Part shown: positions 50,333 through 61,432 of the stretch, one piece after another
Layout of the letters: the number at the start of each line of letters is the position of its first letter
Numbering within the stretch: the first letter of the stretch is position 1
Assembly: GCF_004010195.1 (NCBI RefSeq)
Contig: NC_057718.1
Span: forward strand, 99,666,730-99,730,729
Length of the DNA: 64,000 nucleotides
Origin: Chiloscyllium plagiosum
Lineage: Eukaryota
Direction of reading: 5' to 3'
The notes under the pieces: generated by a model
What the model saw: the letters and a program-made list of their open reading frames with translations, nothing else
What the model was told of the DNA's origin: nothing
Databases searched by the model: none
Position numbers and translations under genes: made by a program

Positions 50333-50664
50333 CTGCTTAGCTACACTGGATGGCCTATGACATGGCAACATGAGTTGTAAGGAGGACGTAAAGAGGTTTC
50401 AAGGGGATCTGGTCACTGAACAAGAACATAGCGGTTGGTATATAAAGCGAAGAATGTGAGGTAGGAAAACACAGCAAAAATGTGCAGCATTTCTTGAATG
50501 GCAAGTTTTTGGAAGTGTTGACCTCTGAAGAGGATTTGAGTGCAGCAGTGCCACAGTTTGAGGAGACAGCAGTGTGCACTGTGCAGTGTGCACCCTTACC
50601 GACCTGTCATAGGGAAAAATTCAACAAAGCTTCACCAGATGGATGCTTGGGATGGTGCAGAGAT

Positions 50665-50870
50665 AGTTCTGAAGGAGGGTCACTGGACTCAAAACATTAA
50701 CACTTGCTTTCCCTCCGCAGAGTAGATAAAGTGGGGAGCTGGAAAAAGCACATCAGGTCAAGCAGCATCAGAGGAGCAGGGGAGTTGATGTTTCAGGTCG
50801 GAACCTCTCATCAGGACCCTCTCCATGGATGCTGCCAGATCTGCTGAGTTTCTCCATTAATTTCTGCTTT
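50665..50870. mobile_element. Composite Penelope-like fragments (families D and B)
   Basis: GTTCTGAAGGAGGGTCACTGGACTCAAAACATTAAC and an antisense core GTTTCAGGTCGGAACCTCTCATCAGG. Confidence 0.55.
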
Positions 50871-51656
50871 AGGCTAAGGTCTGACAACTGTCCTGTGAGG
50901 AGAGCTATCTTAGCTGGATCTCCATGCCTGTGGCTGGTATTTGTTGCTTGTCTATAATTACCCCTGAAAGAACTGGGTTTCTGGGCCATTTCTGAGGGCC
51001 GTTCGGAGCTGACCACATTGCTGTGGGTCTGGAGTCACATGTAGGCCAGACCAGGTAAGGATGGCAGATTTCCTTCTCTAAAAGGACATGACTGAACCAG
51101 ATGGGTCTTTCCAACAATGGCTTCATGGTCATCATTAGATTCTGAATTCCAGATTTTTTATGCCTCCGGGCAAATTGTCAGTCAGTTTGAAAACTCCAGC
51201 GTAAAACCTCGGCTAAAATATTCGATTGCTTCTCTCTTTATTTCATCATGCCATCTTGGGCTGGACATGGCCACAATGGGAGTGTCAATAGCAGGGAATG
51301 GGACATAGTGTAGTGTGAGTCCCACTCTCTCATTTGAGAAGAGGTTTACAGAGGCAGTGGGGTGATGGGGTGGGGGGGGGGACGTTCAGGATGAGGCAGA
51401 GTTCTTCCACCTCTTGATGGGAAGTGTCTCTTCGGGCACTTCACAGGGCAGCCGCGGCCTGGAGGACCCTCTGGGCAGGTCGCCGACCTTACCAAGAACT
51501 GCTGACCAATCAGCTCTCCTTTTGCTCAGTCATGCTGCCGGTGAGGGGGGAGAAGGTGACCGTTGCTGGGATACTGCATCTGCCCTGGGCCTCAGATCAT
51601 GGATGCACCCAGAGTGATGGCAAAGGAGGGGTCACTGGGGAGGGTGGGGGGTTAGA

Positions 51657-51737
51657 NNNNNNNNNNNNNNNNNNNNNNNNNNNNNNNNNNNNNNNNNNNN
51701 NNNNNNNNNNNNNNNNNNNNNNNNNNNNNNNNNNNNN
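51657..51737. other. Assembly gap
   Basis: Run of N. Confidence 1.
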
Positions 51738-53199
51738 GATGAATGGTCACTGGGGATTGAGGGAGCCAAGGGTTCACTGGGAAGGATGGGGGTGTGAGAG
51801 GACTTCAGAAAGGTGGGGGTGTGTGGAGGGGATAAGGAGTGAAGGGGGAGGAGCTCAGATACTGGCTTCTAGTAACCAAACCCCTTTTTTTCTCATTTTC
51901 TGTGGAACAAGCTGGGAAGGCGGAATGTGGTTCCCTCGTTGTGACCTTCCTCGTGATCTATTTGCTTCCCTTTCTGCTGTAGAGGCCGGTGAGCAGGAGG
52001 TACAGTCTGGGTGACATGAAGACCATGACTGGAGACCTTCAGAGCCTCGGGCTAGCTCCTGACACTGACACACGGGGAGTTGGATCACCGAGACAGAGAC
52101 GCATCACATTCGGTGAGAGTCAATGATACGAACTGTCCCACAATGCATCATGGGAGCAGGGGAGGTGGGGGGGGGGGGGGGGGTGCATGTAGCAGAGGCA
52201 AGGTCTGGCAATGGCCAGCACTCCTGCCTCTGACACGGAGCCTCCAGGATTGTGCGCCACTCGACAGGTATAGAAGGTGTGATGACATAGACTACTGTAT
52301 CAACATTGGAGCTCTTCCAAGTTGAACAAAAACCATTCTCAGAAAGAGGTTGGCTAGGCCAGCAGCTATTGTCCATCTCTACTCACCCAGAGGGCAGTTA
52401 AGGGTCAACCCCATTACTGTGGGTTGGGAATCACATATGGGCCAGACCAAGTTAGTGCGGAAGAGATTCTTCTCTAGTGAGATTTTGAGAAACCAGTTGG
52501 GTTTTTACAACAAGCAGAAGTGGAATCTTGATTGCCATTATGTTCTAATGGGGCGGAGGGGACCAGGGATGGGCAGTGAGACTGGCAGAGTCTCTGGAGG
52601 AGTGCTGAACTGGCCAGGAGTTGACGACAGAAGCAAGTGATGGAAGCCGATGGCAGCATGGTGACGATACATGAAAGGAGACCGCTAACGGGGTTTTGCA
52701 AGCTGTTTCCCTCCGGCCCCCGGGTTAACTTGATTCAGAATCGGAAGCATTCACCAGGGCTGAGCTGAGGATCTGTGCTGACCAACGCTAATCTGAGTGT
52801 CCCATGGCACAGAGACACTTTGCAAAGTGACGTTTAAGGTCCATTCCACCTCCGTTTTGTGGAGGAATCCCTGGATCTTTTGCTGGTTCCTTCCTCTCGG
52901 AGGGGATTTGGAACATGCGGAGTTAGGGATGTGAGTTAGCTCCTGAGCAGGAGCTGAGATACTCAAATCTAGTGTCCCAACCTCCAGTGAAGTCTCCCTT
53001 TCCATTGGTGACTGGATTTGAAGTTAACGTCTTCCATTGGGTATTGTGTCTAAGTTGGAGATGGAGCGGTGGGGATTGCTAGTGTCTGGAGAGCATTTTG
53101 CCATTTCTGTTGGCTCAGGGCTTGAAGGTGGAATTAATCTATGGATCAGCTTTGATTTCATTTGACGGTAGAACAGGTTAGAGAGGCTCACTTATTTTT

Positions 53200-53885
53200 A
53201 TTCTTTTGTGGGATGTGGGTGTTACTGGCTGGGTCAGCATTCATTACCCGTCCCTAGTTGCCCCCTTTGAGAAGGTGGGGGTGAGCTGCCTTCTTGAACC
53301 GCTGGAGTCCACCTGCTGTGGGTTGACCCAAAATGCCCTTAGGGAGGGAATTCCAGGATTTTGACACAGCTGCAGTGAAGGAACGGCGATATATTTCCAG
53401 GTCGGGATGGTGAGTGGGTTTGGGGGGAAGCTTGCAGAGGGTGGGTGTTCCCGTGTACTTGCTGCCCTTGTCCTTCTAGGTGGAAGTGGTTGTGAGTTTG
53501 GAAGGTGCTGTCTGAGGGTCTTTGGTGAATTTCTGCGGTGTAACTTGTAGATAGTACACACTGCTGCTACTGAGCCCCGGTGGTGGAGGGAGAGTGGATG
53601 CTTGTGGATGTGGTGCCAATGAAGCACGGGCTGCCTTGTCCTGGATGGCGTCAGGGCTCTTGAGTGTTGTTGGGCTGCACCATCCAGACAAGTGGGGAGC
53701 ATTCCCTCACAATCCTGACTTGTGCCTTGTAGATGATTGACTGGCTTTGGGGAGTCAGGAGGTGAGTTATTCGCTGCAGGATCCCTAGCCTCTGACCTGC
53801 TCCTGCAGCCACTGTAGTTATCTGGGTGGTCCAGTTGGGTTTCTGGCCAATTGTAACCCCCTGGAATTCGATCGTGGGGGATTCA
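53200..53885 (-). mobile_element. 3' fragment of a distinct CR1/L2-group LINE
   Basis: GVTIGQKPNWTTQITTVAAGAGQRLGILQRITHLLTPQSQSIIYKAQVR; its tail is shared with SINE family 2. Confidence 0.8.
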
Positions 53886-53939
53886 CACTGAATGGTCTCC
53901 TCCTCCTGTGCCTCTTGCAAAGGGCAGCTAACCCACGGC

Positions 53940-54332
53940 AAAATCGAGAGCTCCCACATTCAAGAACCAAGTCTGGGCATCATTCCAGGCTGATAATTGC
54001 TTCAGTGCTGTACTGAGAGAGTGCCGTACTGTCAGAGGAGCCGTCTTCCTGATGAGACAGTAAGTTAAGGCCGCATCTAGCTGATCGGGTGGTTCTGAAC
54101 ATTCTCCTGGGATCAGTGTGAGAAAGAACATTGGAACCTTTGTGAGTGTCTCGTCAATATCAACCCCTCAGTCAATATCACCGAACACGGATGATTTCCC
54201 TGTGGTCACATGTCTGTATGTGGGGAGCTTGCTGTGTGGTTCCATGACAACAGAGGCTACATTCCGAAGTGTACTGGCTGCAAAGGTGTCCGGTGGCGGT
54301 GAAAAGCACTATCCAAATGCAACTCTTTCTTC
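53940..54332 (+). mobile_element. Ancient Deu-domain SINE (AmnSINE1/SacSINE1-like); relics also near 3285-3380, 40320-40380, 42320-42500, 42840-42900 plus 44145-44290
   Basis: CAGTGCTGTACTGAGAGAGTGCCGTACTGTCAGAGG..GATGAGAC and GGGAGCTTGCTGTG..AATGCAA motifs. Confidence 0.65.
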
Positions 54333-54664
54333 ATTGAAAGTTCAAATCAAGAGAAGGGGGGTTGAACAAACCAAGGAAACAATCCCAAAACCAACGGAAA
54401 AGCCACTAGAAGCTCACCGAGGATGTATTCTGATAGCTTTAATGATGTCTGGTTGGGTCTAGGTGGCACGGATGTGATTTGTATCTGTGCTGACTTGTGT
54501 CAACATTTAAAACCTTACACAGAGACATACGGGCTAGGAGCAGGAGTATGCCATTCGGCCCCTCGTGCCTGCCCCACCATTTGATACGATCATGGCTGAT
54601 CTCATCCCGGCCTCAACTCCACTTTCCTGCCATTGCCCCGTAACCCTTCAACCTATTATTAATT

Positions 54665-54972
54665 GGGGGTGGCACAGTGGCTCAGTGGTCAGCACTGCTA
54701 CCTCACAGCACCAGGGCCTCAGGTTCGATTCTAGCCTCGGGCGATTGTCTGTGACGAGTTTGCACGTTCTTCCTGTGCCCCTGTGAGTTTGCTCCGATCT
54801 CCTCCCGCAATCCAAAGATGTGCAGGTCAGGTGAATTGGCCAGGCTAAATTGCCCACAGTGCAAGGTGCATTAGTCAGAGGGGAAATGAGTCAGAGTGGG
54901 TTATTCTTCAAAGGATCAGTGTGAATTTGTTGGGGCAAATGACCTGTTCCCATATTGCAGGGAATCTAATCT
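54665..54972 (+). mobile_element. HE1-type SINE inserted in an antisense CR1 3' end (about 54520-55310)
   Basis: Full SINE with CR1-type sequence on both sides. Confidence 0.85.
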
Positions 54973-55908
54973 AAAAATCTGTCCATCTCCACTTTAAATT
55001 TACTCATTGTCCCAGCATCCCCACTGCGCTCTGGGAAGGTGAATTGCACAGATCCATGAGCCTTTGAGAGACTTAATTTCTCTTCATCTCTGTTTAACTC
55101 TTCTGTCCTTTATCCTAAAACCACCAACTCTTGTTCTTGATCACCTCATGTGAAGGAACATCCTCTCTGTGTCTAGTGTGTCAATCCCCTACGTTATCTT
55201 ATGGACCTCCATTAGATCTCCTCTCATTCTTCGAAACATCAGACAGCTTAAACTGCCCAATCTCAGCAAGACAGTTGCCTCAGCTCTGGAATCAATCTGG
55301 GTGAACGTCTTGAAGCATTGTGGACACACCCCACTCAAAATGAAAGCTGTAGTAAGACCTGTGTGCCTAACATATCAAACTCGGGTCTGCACTGGAAAAC
55401 CTGGGCTACTGGGGTGGCTCAATTGTTGCCTCACAGCGCCAAGGGCTTGGGTTCGATTCCACCTTCGGGTAACTAACTGTGAGGAGTTTGCACATTCTCG
55501 TAGATGAATGGCTGTAAATTGGGAGAGGGGAGTGTGCAGTGGGACCTGGGTGTCATTGTACCCCAGTCACTGAAGGTAAGCCTGCAGCGAGTGGTAAAGA
55601 AGGCAAATGGTATGTTGGCCTCCATTGTGAGAGGTTTTAAGTACAGGAGCAGGGATGTGTTGTTGCAGTTAGACATGGCCTTGGTGAGACCACACCTAGA
55701 ATATGGTGTACAGTTTTGGTCTCCTTTTCCTGAGGAAGGATAGTCCTGCTCTCAACGGAGTGCAGCGAAGGTTTCCCAGGCTGGTTCCAGGGATGGTGGG
55801 ACTGACGTATGAGGGGAGATTGACCAAGTTAGGATTGTTTTCCCTGGGGTTCAGATGGGTGAGGAGTGATCTCACAGACTTATAAAATTTTAACAGAACT
55901 AGACAGAG

Positions 55909-56075
55909 TTAAAAATCACACAACACCAGGTTATAGTCCAACAGGTTTAATTGGAAGCACTAGCTTTCGGAGCGACGCTCCTTCATCAGGTGGTTGTGGA
56001 GTATAAGATCATAAGACACAGAATTTATAGCAAAAGATTACAGAGTCATGCAACTGAAACGACAGTCATCCACGT
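55909..56075 (-). mobile_element. Penelope-like family A insertion inside a CR1
   Basis: Intact antisense hammerhead; imperfect TSD CAGAACTAGACAGAG / CAGGACTAGACAGGG. Confidence 0.78.
55958..55992 (-). ncRNA. Minimal hammerhead ribozyme motif, family A
   Basis: Reverse complement reads CAC-CTGATGA-A-GGAGC gtc GCTCC-GAAA-GCTA-GTG. Confidence 0.78.
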
Positions 56076-56439
56076 CAGGACTAGACAGGGTAGCTGCAGG
56101 GAGGATGTTCCCAATGGTGGGTGCATCCAGAAGCAGGGGGTCACAGTCTGGGGACACGGGGTGGAGCATTTAGGATGGAGATGAGAAGACATTTCTTCAC
56201 CCAGAGAGTGGTGAGCCCGTGGAATTCATTATCACAGAAAGTAGTTGATGTCAAAACGCTGAATGTATTCAAGAGGCAGCTAGGTATAGCACTTGGGGTG
56301 AGTGGGATCAAAGGTTATGGGGAGAAAGCAGGATTAGGCTGTTGAGTTGGATGATCAGCCATGATCATGATGAATGGTGGAGCAGGCTCGAGGGGCCAAA
56401 TGGCCTCCCCCTGCTCCTATCTTCTATGTTTCTGTTTCT

Positions 56440-56620
56440 CTATGTGTCGGCATGGGTTTCCTCCAGGTGCTCTGATTTCCTCCCACATTGCAAAGGTGTG
56501 CGGTTTTAGATGGGTTGGCCTTGGGAAAAGCAGGGAGTGAGTCTGGGTGGGATGCTCTTCAGAGGGGTGGTGTGGACTCGATGGGCCAAATGGCCTGTTT
56601 CCACACTGCAGGGATTGTAA
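56440..56620 (+). mobile_element. HE1-type SINE, 3' part
   Basis: Core remnant and tail GGCCAAATGGCCTGTTTCCACACTG. Confidence 0.75.
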
Positions 56621-56760
56621 AGTGAAACTCAAGCACATTGACTATAAATCCACTTGTCTACCATCCCTGTGCTTCCACCACCCATTCCTCAGGGCACATC
56701 ATTTCCCCTCACTGGGGGCAAGCATCCCATCATTCATTGCTTGGCTATACTGAAATACTA

Positions 56761-56858
56761 GGAGAAAGTGAGGGCTGCAGATGCTGGAGATCAGAGCTGA
56801 AAATGTGTTGCTGGAAAAGCGCAGCAGGTCAGGCAGCATTCAAGGAGCAGGAGAATCG
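56761..56858 (-). mobile_element. Penelope-like family B fragment
   Basis: GGAGAAAGTGAGGGCTGCAGATGCTGGAGATCAGAGCTGAAAATGTGTTGCTGG. Confidence 0.75.
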
Positions 56859-57124
56859 TTGGGTGGGACTCGAACCAGTCTCTATATTTTTTGACAGTGA
56901 CTTGGTGTTCCCTCTTCCTGCCCACACTTTCTTTGATTCTTCCACGACAAGGCCAGCATTTGTTGCCTGTCCCTAATAGCTCCTGAACCGAGTACTGGCC
57001 TGGCTGTTTCATGTTGCCAAGGGTCTGGATTCACGTGTAGGCCTGAACGTTGTGGCGGTGGGGGGGGGGGGGGGGGGGGCAGATTCCTTCCCCCAAGCTG
57101 AACTGAAGATGTTTTCACAACTAA

Positions 57125-57222
57125 AGCCAAAATCGCTGGAGAAACTCTGCAGGTCCAGCAACACCTGTGGAAAGAGAAAGCAGAATTAATGTTTCAGGTC
57201 CAGCCACCCTTCTTCAGAACTA
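57125..57222 (-). mobile_element. Penelope-like family D fragment
   Basis: GCTGGAGAAACTCTGCAGG ... CCCTTCTTCAGAAC. Confidence 0.6.
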
Positions 57223-57259
57223 GAACCTCGCATCAATCGATATTCAGAATGTAGAGGCA

Positions 57260-57560
57260 AGAGTAGGCCATTCAGCCCCTGGCGGCTGTTCTGTCATTCT
57301 CGATCATGGCTGCTCATCTACCTCAATGTCCATTGACGTCATTAGCAACCAACTGATTTCTGTTTCAAACAAACATAGAGACTGAGCTCCCACAGTCCTC
57401 TGGGGTAGAGAATTCCAATGATTGACCATCCACTGAGTGAAGAAATCTCTCCTCCTCTCACTTTCAGATAGCTTGTTCTCTTTCCTAATACTGACTCCTG
57501 GTTTTCGACCCTGCAAGGGGGCCTTTCTGCATCTGCTCTGTGTAACCCTCTTGAAAGCCT
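57260..57560 (-). mobile_element. CR1 3' fragment (decayed)
   Basis: RRDFFTQWMVNHWNSLPQ. Confidence 0.7.
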
Positions 57561-57571
57561 CTACAAGATCA

Positions 57572-57601
57572 CTGAAGAAGGGCTTATGCCCGAAACGTCG
57601 A
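57572..57601 (+). ncRNA. Minimal hammerhead core, family B
   Basis: CTGAAGA-A-GGGC ttat GCCC-GAAA-CGTC-GA. The 5' strand of stem I is truncated at the insertion junction. Confidence 0.6.
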
Positions 57602-57692
57602 TTCTCCTGTTCCCTGGATGCTGCCTGACCTGCTGCGCTTTTCCAGCAACACATTTCCAGCTCTGATCTCCAGCATCTGCAGACCTCACTTT
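57575..57692 (+). mobile_element. Penelope-like family B single-arm insertion
   Basis: 16-bp TSD CTCTACAAGATCACTG at 57559-57574 and 57693-57708; the insertion starts at the hammerhead core. Confidence 0.85.
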
Positions 57693-58376
57693 CTCTACAA
57701 GATCACTGCCTGTTCTTCAAAGCCCCCAGAAAACTCAGTCCTGGTCTCCTCCGAGAGCAGCCCTACCATCCCAGGAATCAGGCAAGGGCTCCAAAACTAC
57801 TCACAATGCTCCAGAAATGGCCTCTCAGTATTGAGGCGTTTTAAAATACTCTAACATACCCTGACGTCTCATTTCTCTAATGATAAATTAGCTGAACCAA
57901 GGCTCATTTGCTCTAGTGTATCCTGCCTTATAATTCCAGATTCTAATAGTTATATTTGTCTTTCATCAGCTGCTATGGTCAGGTTTGTGCCCTTGGTATA
58001 GGAACATTAGCCCAGACCACAATGACAGTGTCACTGTGATGTAATCTCCCCCATATGCAGGAGTTCAATAATATCTTACCGTGCCAATACTAAATGGCCA
58101 GCTGTCCCATAATCCAACTTTGGCCAATTGGCAGGCTGGCTTTCAGAGCAAGCTGCAGCCCTTTAAGGGTTGCTGATACAGAGCTATCTGTGCTTGGGTA
58201 TCACTGCTGTACTCCCAACATCACCCATCACTGTCACAAGTGAATTGTCGAACGTCAGGACAACATGTAACAAGATGGCAAACACAGACAGAGGAGCAGC
58301 AGTCCCAACATTCCAACACAGAACGTAATTATTTGCATTGATATGTACAGTGCTCACCTGATATCTGGGCTGAGAC

Positions 58377-58575
58377 TGTTTGTGTGTGTGTGTGTGTGCA
58401 TATCTGTGTGTTGTGTTTGTTCATGTATGTGTATTTGTGTGTGGGAGTGTACGGTTTTGTGTTTGTGCGTGCGAGTTTGTCTGTGTGTGTTGTGCATGTG
58501 TGTGTGTGTTTTTGTGTGTGCATGTGTGTTTGTGTGTCTGCATAGTTGTGTGGGAAGTGTGTGTGTGTGCATGCG
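58377..58575. repeat. Degenerate (TG)n microsatellite
   Basis: TG runs. Confidence 0.9.
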
Positions 58576-59121
58576 CAGATGCACGTACAACATCCTCTGA
58601 GTTCTGAGGTATTTTAAAGTATTACATGCTAAGCTGGTGCAGATTCACAACAGGAATCATTTCTCCATTAGCCTGAGATAAACTAAACATTTACAATATA
58701 AAGCAAACCAGTAAATATCGAACACTAGTTGGGCCAACATTTACTGCCTATCCTTTACTGTCCTTGAGAGGTTGGTGTTGAACTGCCTTCTTTAACCTGT
58801 TCAGCGTACATAGTGTCGGTATGGAGCTGGTAAGGAGGCAGATCCAGAATTTTGATCCGGCAACATTCTTATCACCAACACAGGCAGGAAAGATTCCCCA
58901 ATCTATCCTTATACCATTCAAACCAAGCTCAGGAGGTGGAAGGACAGTGCACTCGAACCTTCCTGAAAGAAGTGATCTGTTTCCTCATAAAACCTTTGCC
59001 CGTGGCTCCTGTCCATGCATTCCATTGGTACAAAGTTAAATCACTGGCCTAAGTACTTTCTTTGTTTTAAAATCAACCTTTCAGGGCATGTTGTGGTATA
59101 TCTCTAGGATGGGGAGGGCTT

Positions 59122-59400
59122 GAAACAGCAGCAGACTTTGCTGGATAAACTCAGCAGGTTTGGCAGCATATGTGGAGAACAAAATAGAGTTAATGCTCTG
59201 AGTCTGTTGACCCTTCTTCAGAACTGACAGTAGCTCAGAATAGAGGGATTGGGTAGTAGGGGAAGGAGTAACTGCTGGATGGAGGTAGAGTCCAGAGAGA
59301 GAGAACAGCGGAGAAAGGAATGGATAATGGTGAGCCGGGGAGAAAGCAAAGCTGTTAATGGGACCGTTAATGGGTGAAAATGTGTTGACTGTGATGATCG
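59122..59400 (-). mobile_element. Penelope-like family D fragment with longer internal sequence
   Basis: AAACTCAGCAGGTTTGGCAGCA ... GACCCTTCTTCAGAAC followed by a purine-rich internal stretch. Confidence 0.55.
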
Positions 59401-59609
59401 GTGGAATCTGGGTCTTCTAAGCCAGAAGGATGGACACTACCAATATGCCATGCTGTGTCCTAATCAGCTCCAATTGATAACTTTATCCAGTTTATGTTAG
59501 TCTGTGGCGCAGCAATAGGTGAATGTTAAATGCGTTCTCCTCTGGTTCAGTTTGGAGAAATTCTATGTTGAAGGATCAAATTTGAACAGTGCTCCCACAG
59601 TAGTTCAAA

Positions 59610-59720
59610 GGGTTCTTGTGGTACAATGGTAGTTTCCCTACCTCTGAGATAGCAGCTTCAATTTCCAACTGCTCTGGAGGTGTGTAGTCACATCTCTGAG
59701 TTGCTGGACGAGGAAAAACC
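59610..59720 (+). mobile_element. Short tRNA-head SINE family 4 (also about 1215-1280, 38205-38300, 39075-39170, 60120-60230)
   Basis: A motif like GGTAGTGTCCCTACCTCTG recurs across the copies. Confidence 0.55.
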
Positions 59721-59864
59721 CTGGACTCAAGACTGGTTTTTATTTTGCAGAATCCTACATACCACCCTCAGCTGATCGGAAAGGGAGCTTCAAGGGAAAG
59801 GTAAGACTTTATACATGTGACCCTTCTGAGAGATTCTGGAATCTCTCTCTCTTGGTTTACAAGA

Positions 59865-59975
59865 GGATGTGGGGGAGCCGGTGTTGGACTGGGGTGGACA
59901 AAGTTACAAATCACACGACACCTGGTTATAGTCCAACAGGTTCATTTGAAATCCAATGCTTTTGGAGCGCTGCCC
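59865..59975 (-). mobile_element. Penelope-like family A fragment
   Basis: CCGGTGTTGGACTGGGGTGGACAAAGTT ... TTATAGTCCAACAGG. Confidence 0.7.
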
Positions 59976-60647
59976 CATCGTCACCTTCCAGCCTGGAATC
60001 ATTGTTGTCAATCTTCCCTGCCTGGTATGGCAGGTTCCTGACTGATTGGCAGAGGTCCACTCAGGCTCAATCACTGCATGAAATCTGACGGGTATCCAGC
60101 GCCAGGTTTGGAGATTTAGAAGGGTTCTTCTGGCACAGTAGTAGTGTCCCTAAGTCTGGACCAGAAGGTTCAAGCCTTGCCTGGTCTGCAGTGCTGTCAC
60201 AGCATGTCTGAACAGGCTGATTAAAAACACGCTGCAGGTTTAATCAAGGCAGCGAAGAATTGAATTTCACCCCCTCCCTTCAGTCGTAGTAAGGAAGGAA
60301 ATGTATTTCTGATTCCTTGTTTATCGATATCTACTTTCTTCTTAAAGTTAGCACAGGGTTGGGGGGGGGGGGGGGGGAGCGAAATGCCACACACCATCAC
60401 CATAGGGATGCCTGGGATCACTTTCACAAGTAATTCTGCAATTGGTCCGACATAATATAGTTACATCGTCAACTGAACCCGAAATTAAAGGTTTGACCAT
60501 GCTGGGGTTTACAAAAAACGCGATACAAAAATTGTGCCTCCTGACATAAGATTGAAAATTTACTTTTTATTCATTCACGGGGTGTGGGCTAATACTTATT
60601 GCCCTTCCCTAATTGCCCTTGAGAGTGTGGTGTGGAGCTGCCTACTT

Positions 60648-60960
60648 GGGGCAGCACCATGGCTCAGTGGTTAACACTGCTGCCTCACAGCGCCAGGGAT
60701 CTGTGTTCAATTCCAGCCTTGGGTAACTGCCTGCGTGGAGTTTGCACATTCTCCCCGTGTCTGCATGGGTTTCCTCCCACAGTCAAAGATGTGCAGGTTA
60801 GGGTGGATTGGCCATGTTAAATTGCCCCATATTGTCCAGGGATGTGCAGGCAAGGTGGGTTAGCCATGGGAAATGCAGGGTTACAGGGATAGGGTGGGAT
60901 GCACTATAGAAGGTCGGTGTGGGCTGAATGGCCTGATTCCACACTGTAGGAGCTCTATGA
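60648..60960 (+). mobile_element. HE1-type SINE
   Basis: Head, core and tail. Confidence 0.88.
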
Positions 60961-60979
60961 ATACAGCTGTGCAACTTAG

Positions 60980-61432
60980 AGAGTCATAGAGATGTACAGC
61001 ATGGAAACAGACCCTTCAGTCCAACTCGTCCATGCTGACCAGATATCCGACCCAATCTAGTCCCACCTACCGGCACCCGGCCCATATCCCTCTAAACCCT
61101 TCCTATTCATATACCCATCCAAATGCCTCTTAAATGTTGCAATTGTACCAGCCTCTACCACATCATCTGGCAGTTCATTCCATACACGGACCACCCTCTG
61201 CTTGAAAAAGTTGCCCCTTAGGTCTCTTTTATATCTTACCCTTCTCACCCTAAACCTATGCCCTCTAGTTCTTGACTCCCCCACCCTATCCATGCTCCTC
61301 ATAATTTTGGAAACCTCTACAAGGTCACCCCTCAACCTCCGATGCTCCATCGAAAACAGCCCCAGCCTGTTCAGCTTCTCCCTATAGCTCAAACCCTCCA
61401 AAACTGGCAACATCCTTGTAAATCTTTTCTGA
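60980..61432 (-). mobile_element. CR1/HER1-type LINE 3' fragment
   Basis: 118-aa ORF2 end plus tail. Confidence 0.92.

Larger units (their letters stand above)
55504..56420 (+). mobile_element. CR1 LINE 3' fragment
   Basis: VVKKANGML..LVRPHLEYGVQFWSP..FFTQRVVSPWNSL. Confidence 0.88.
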
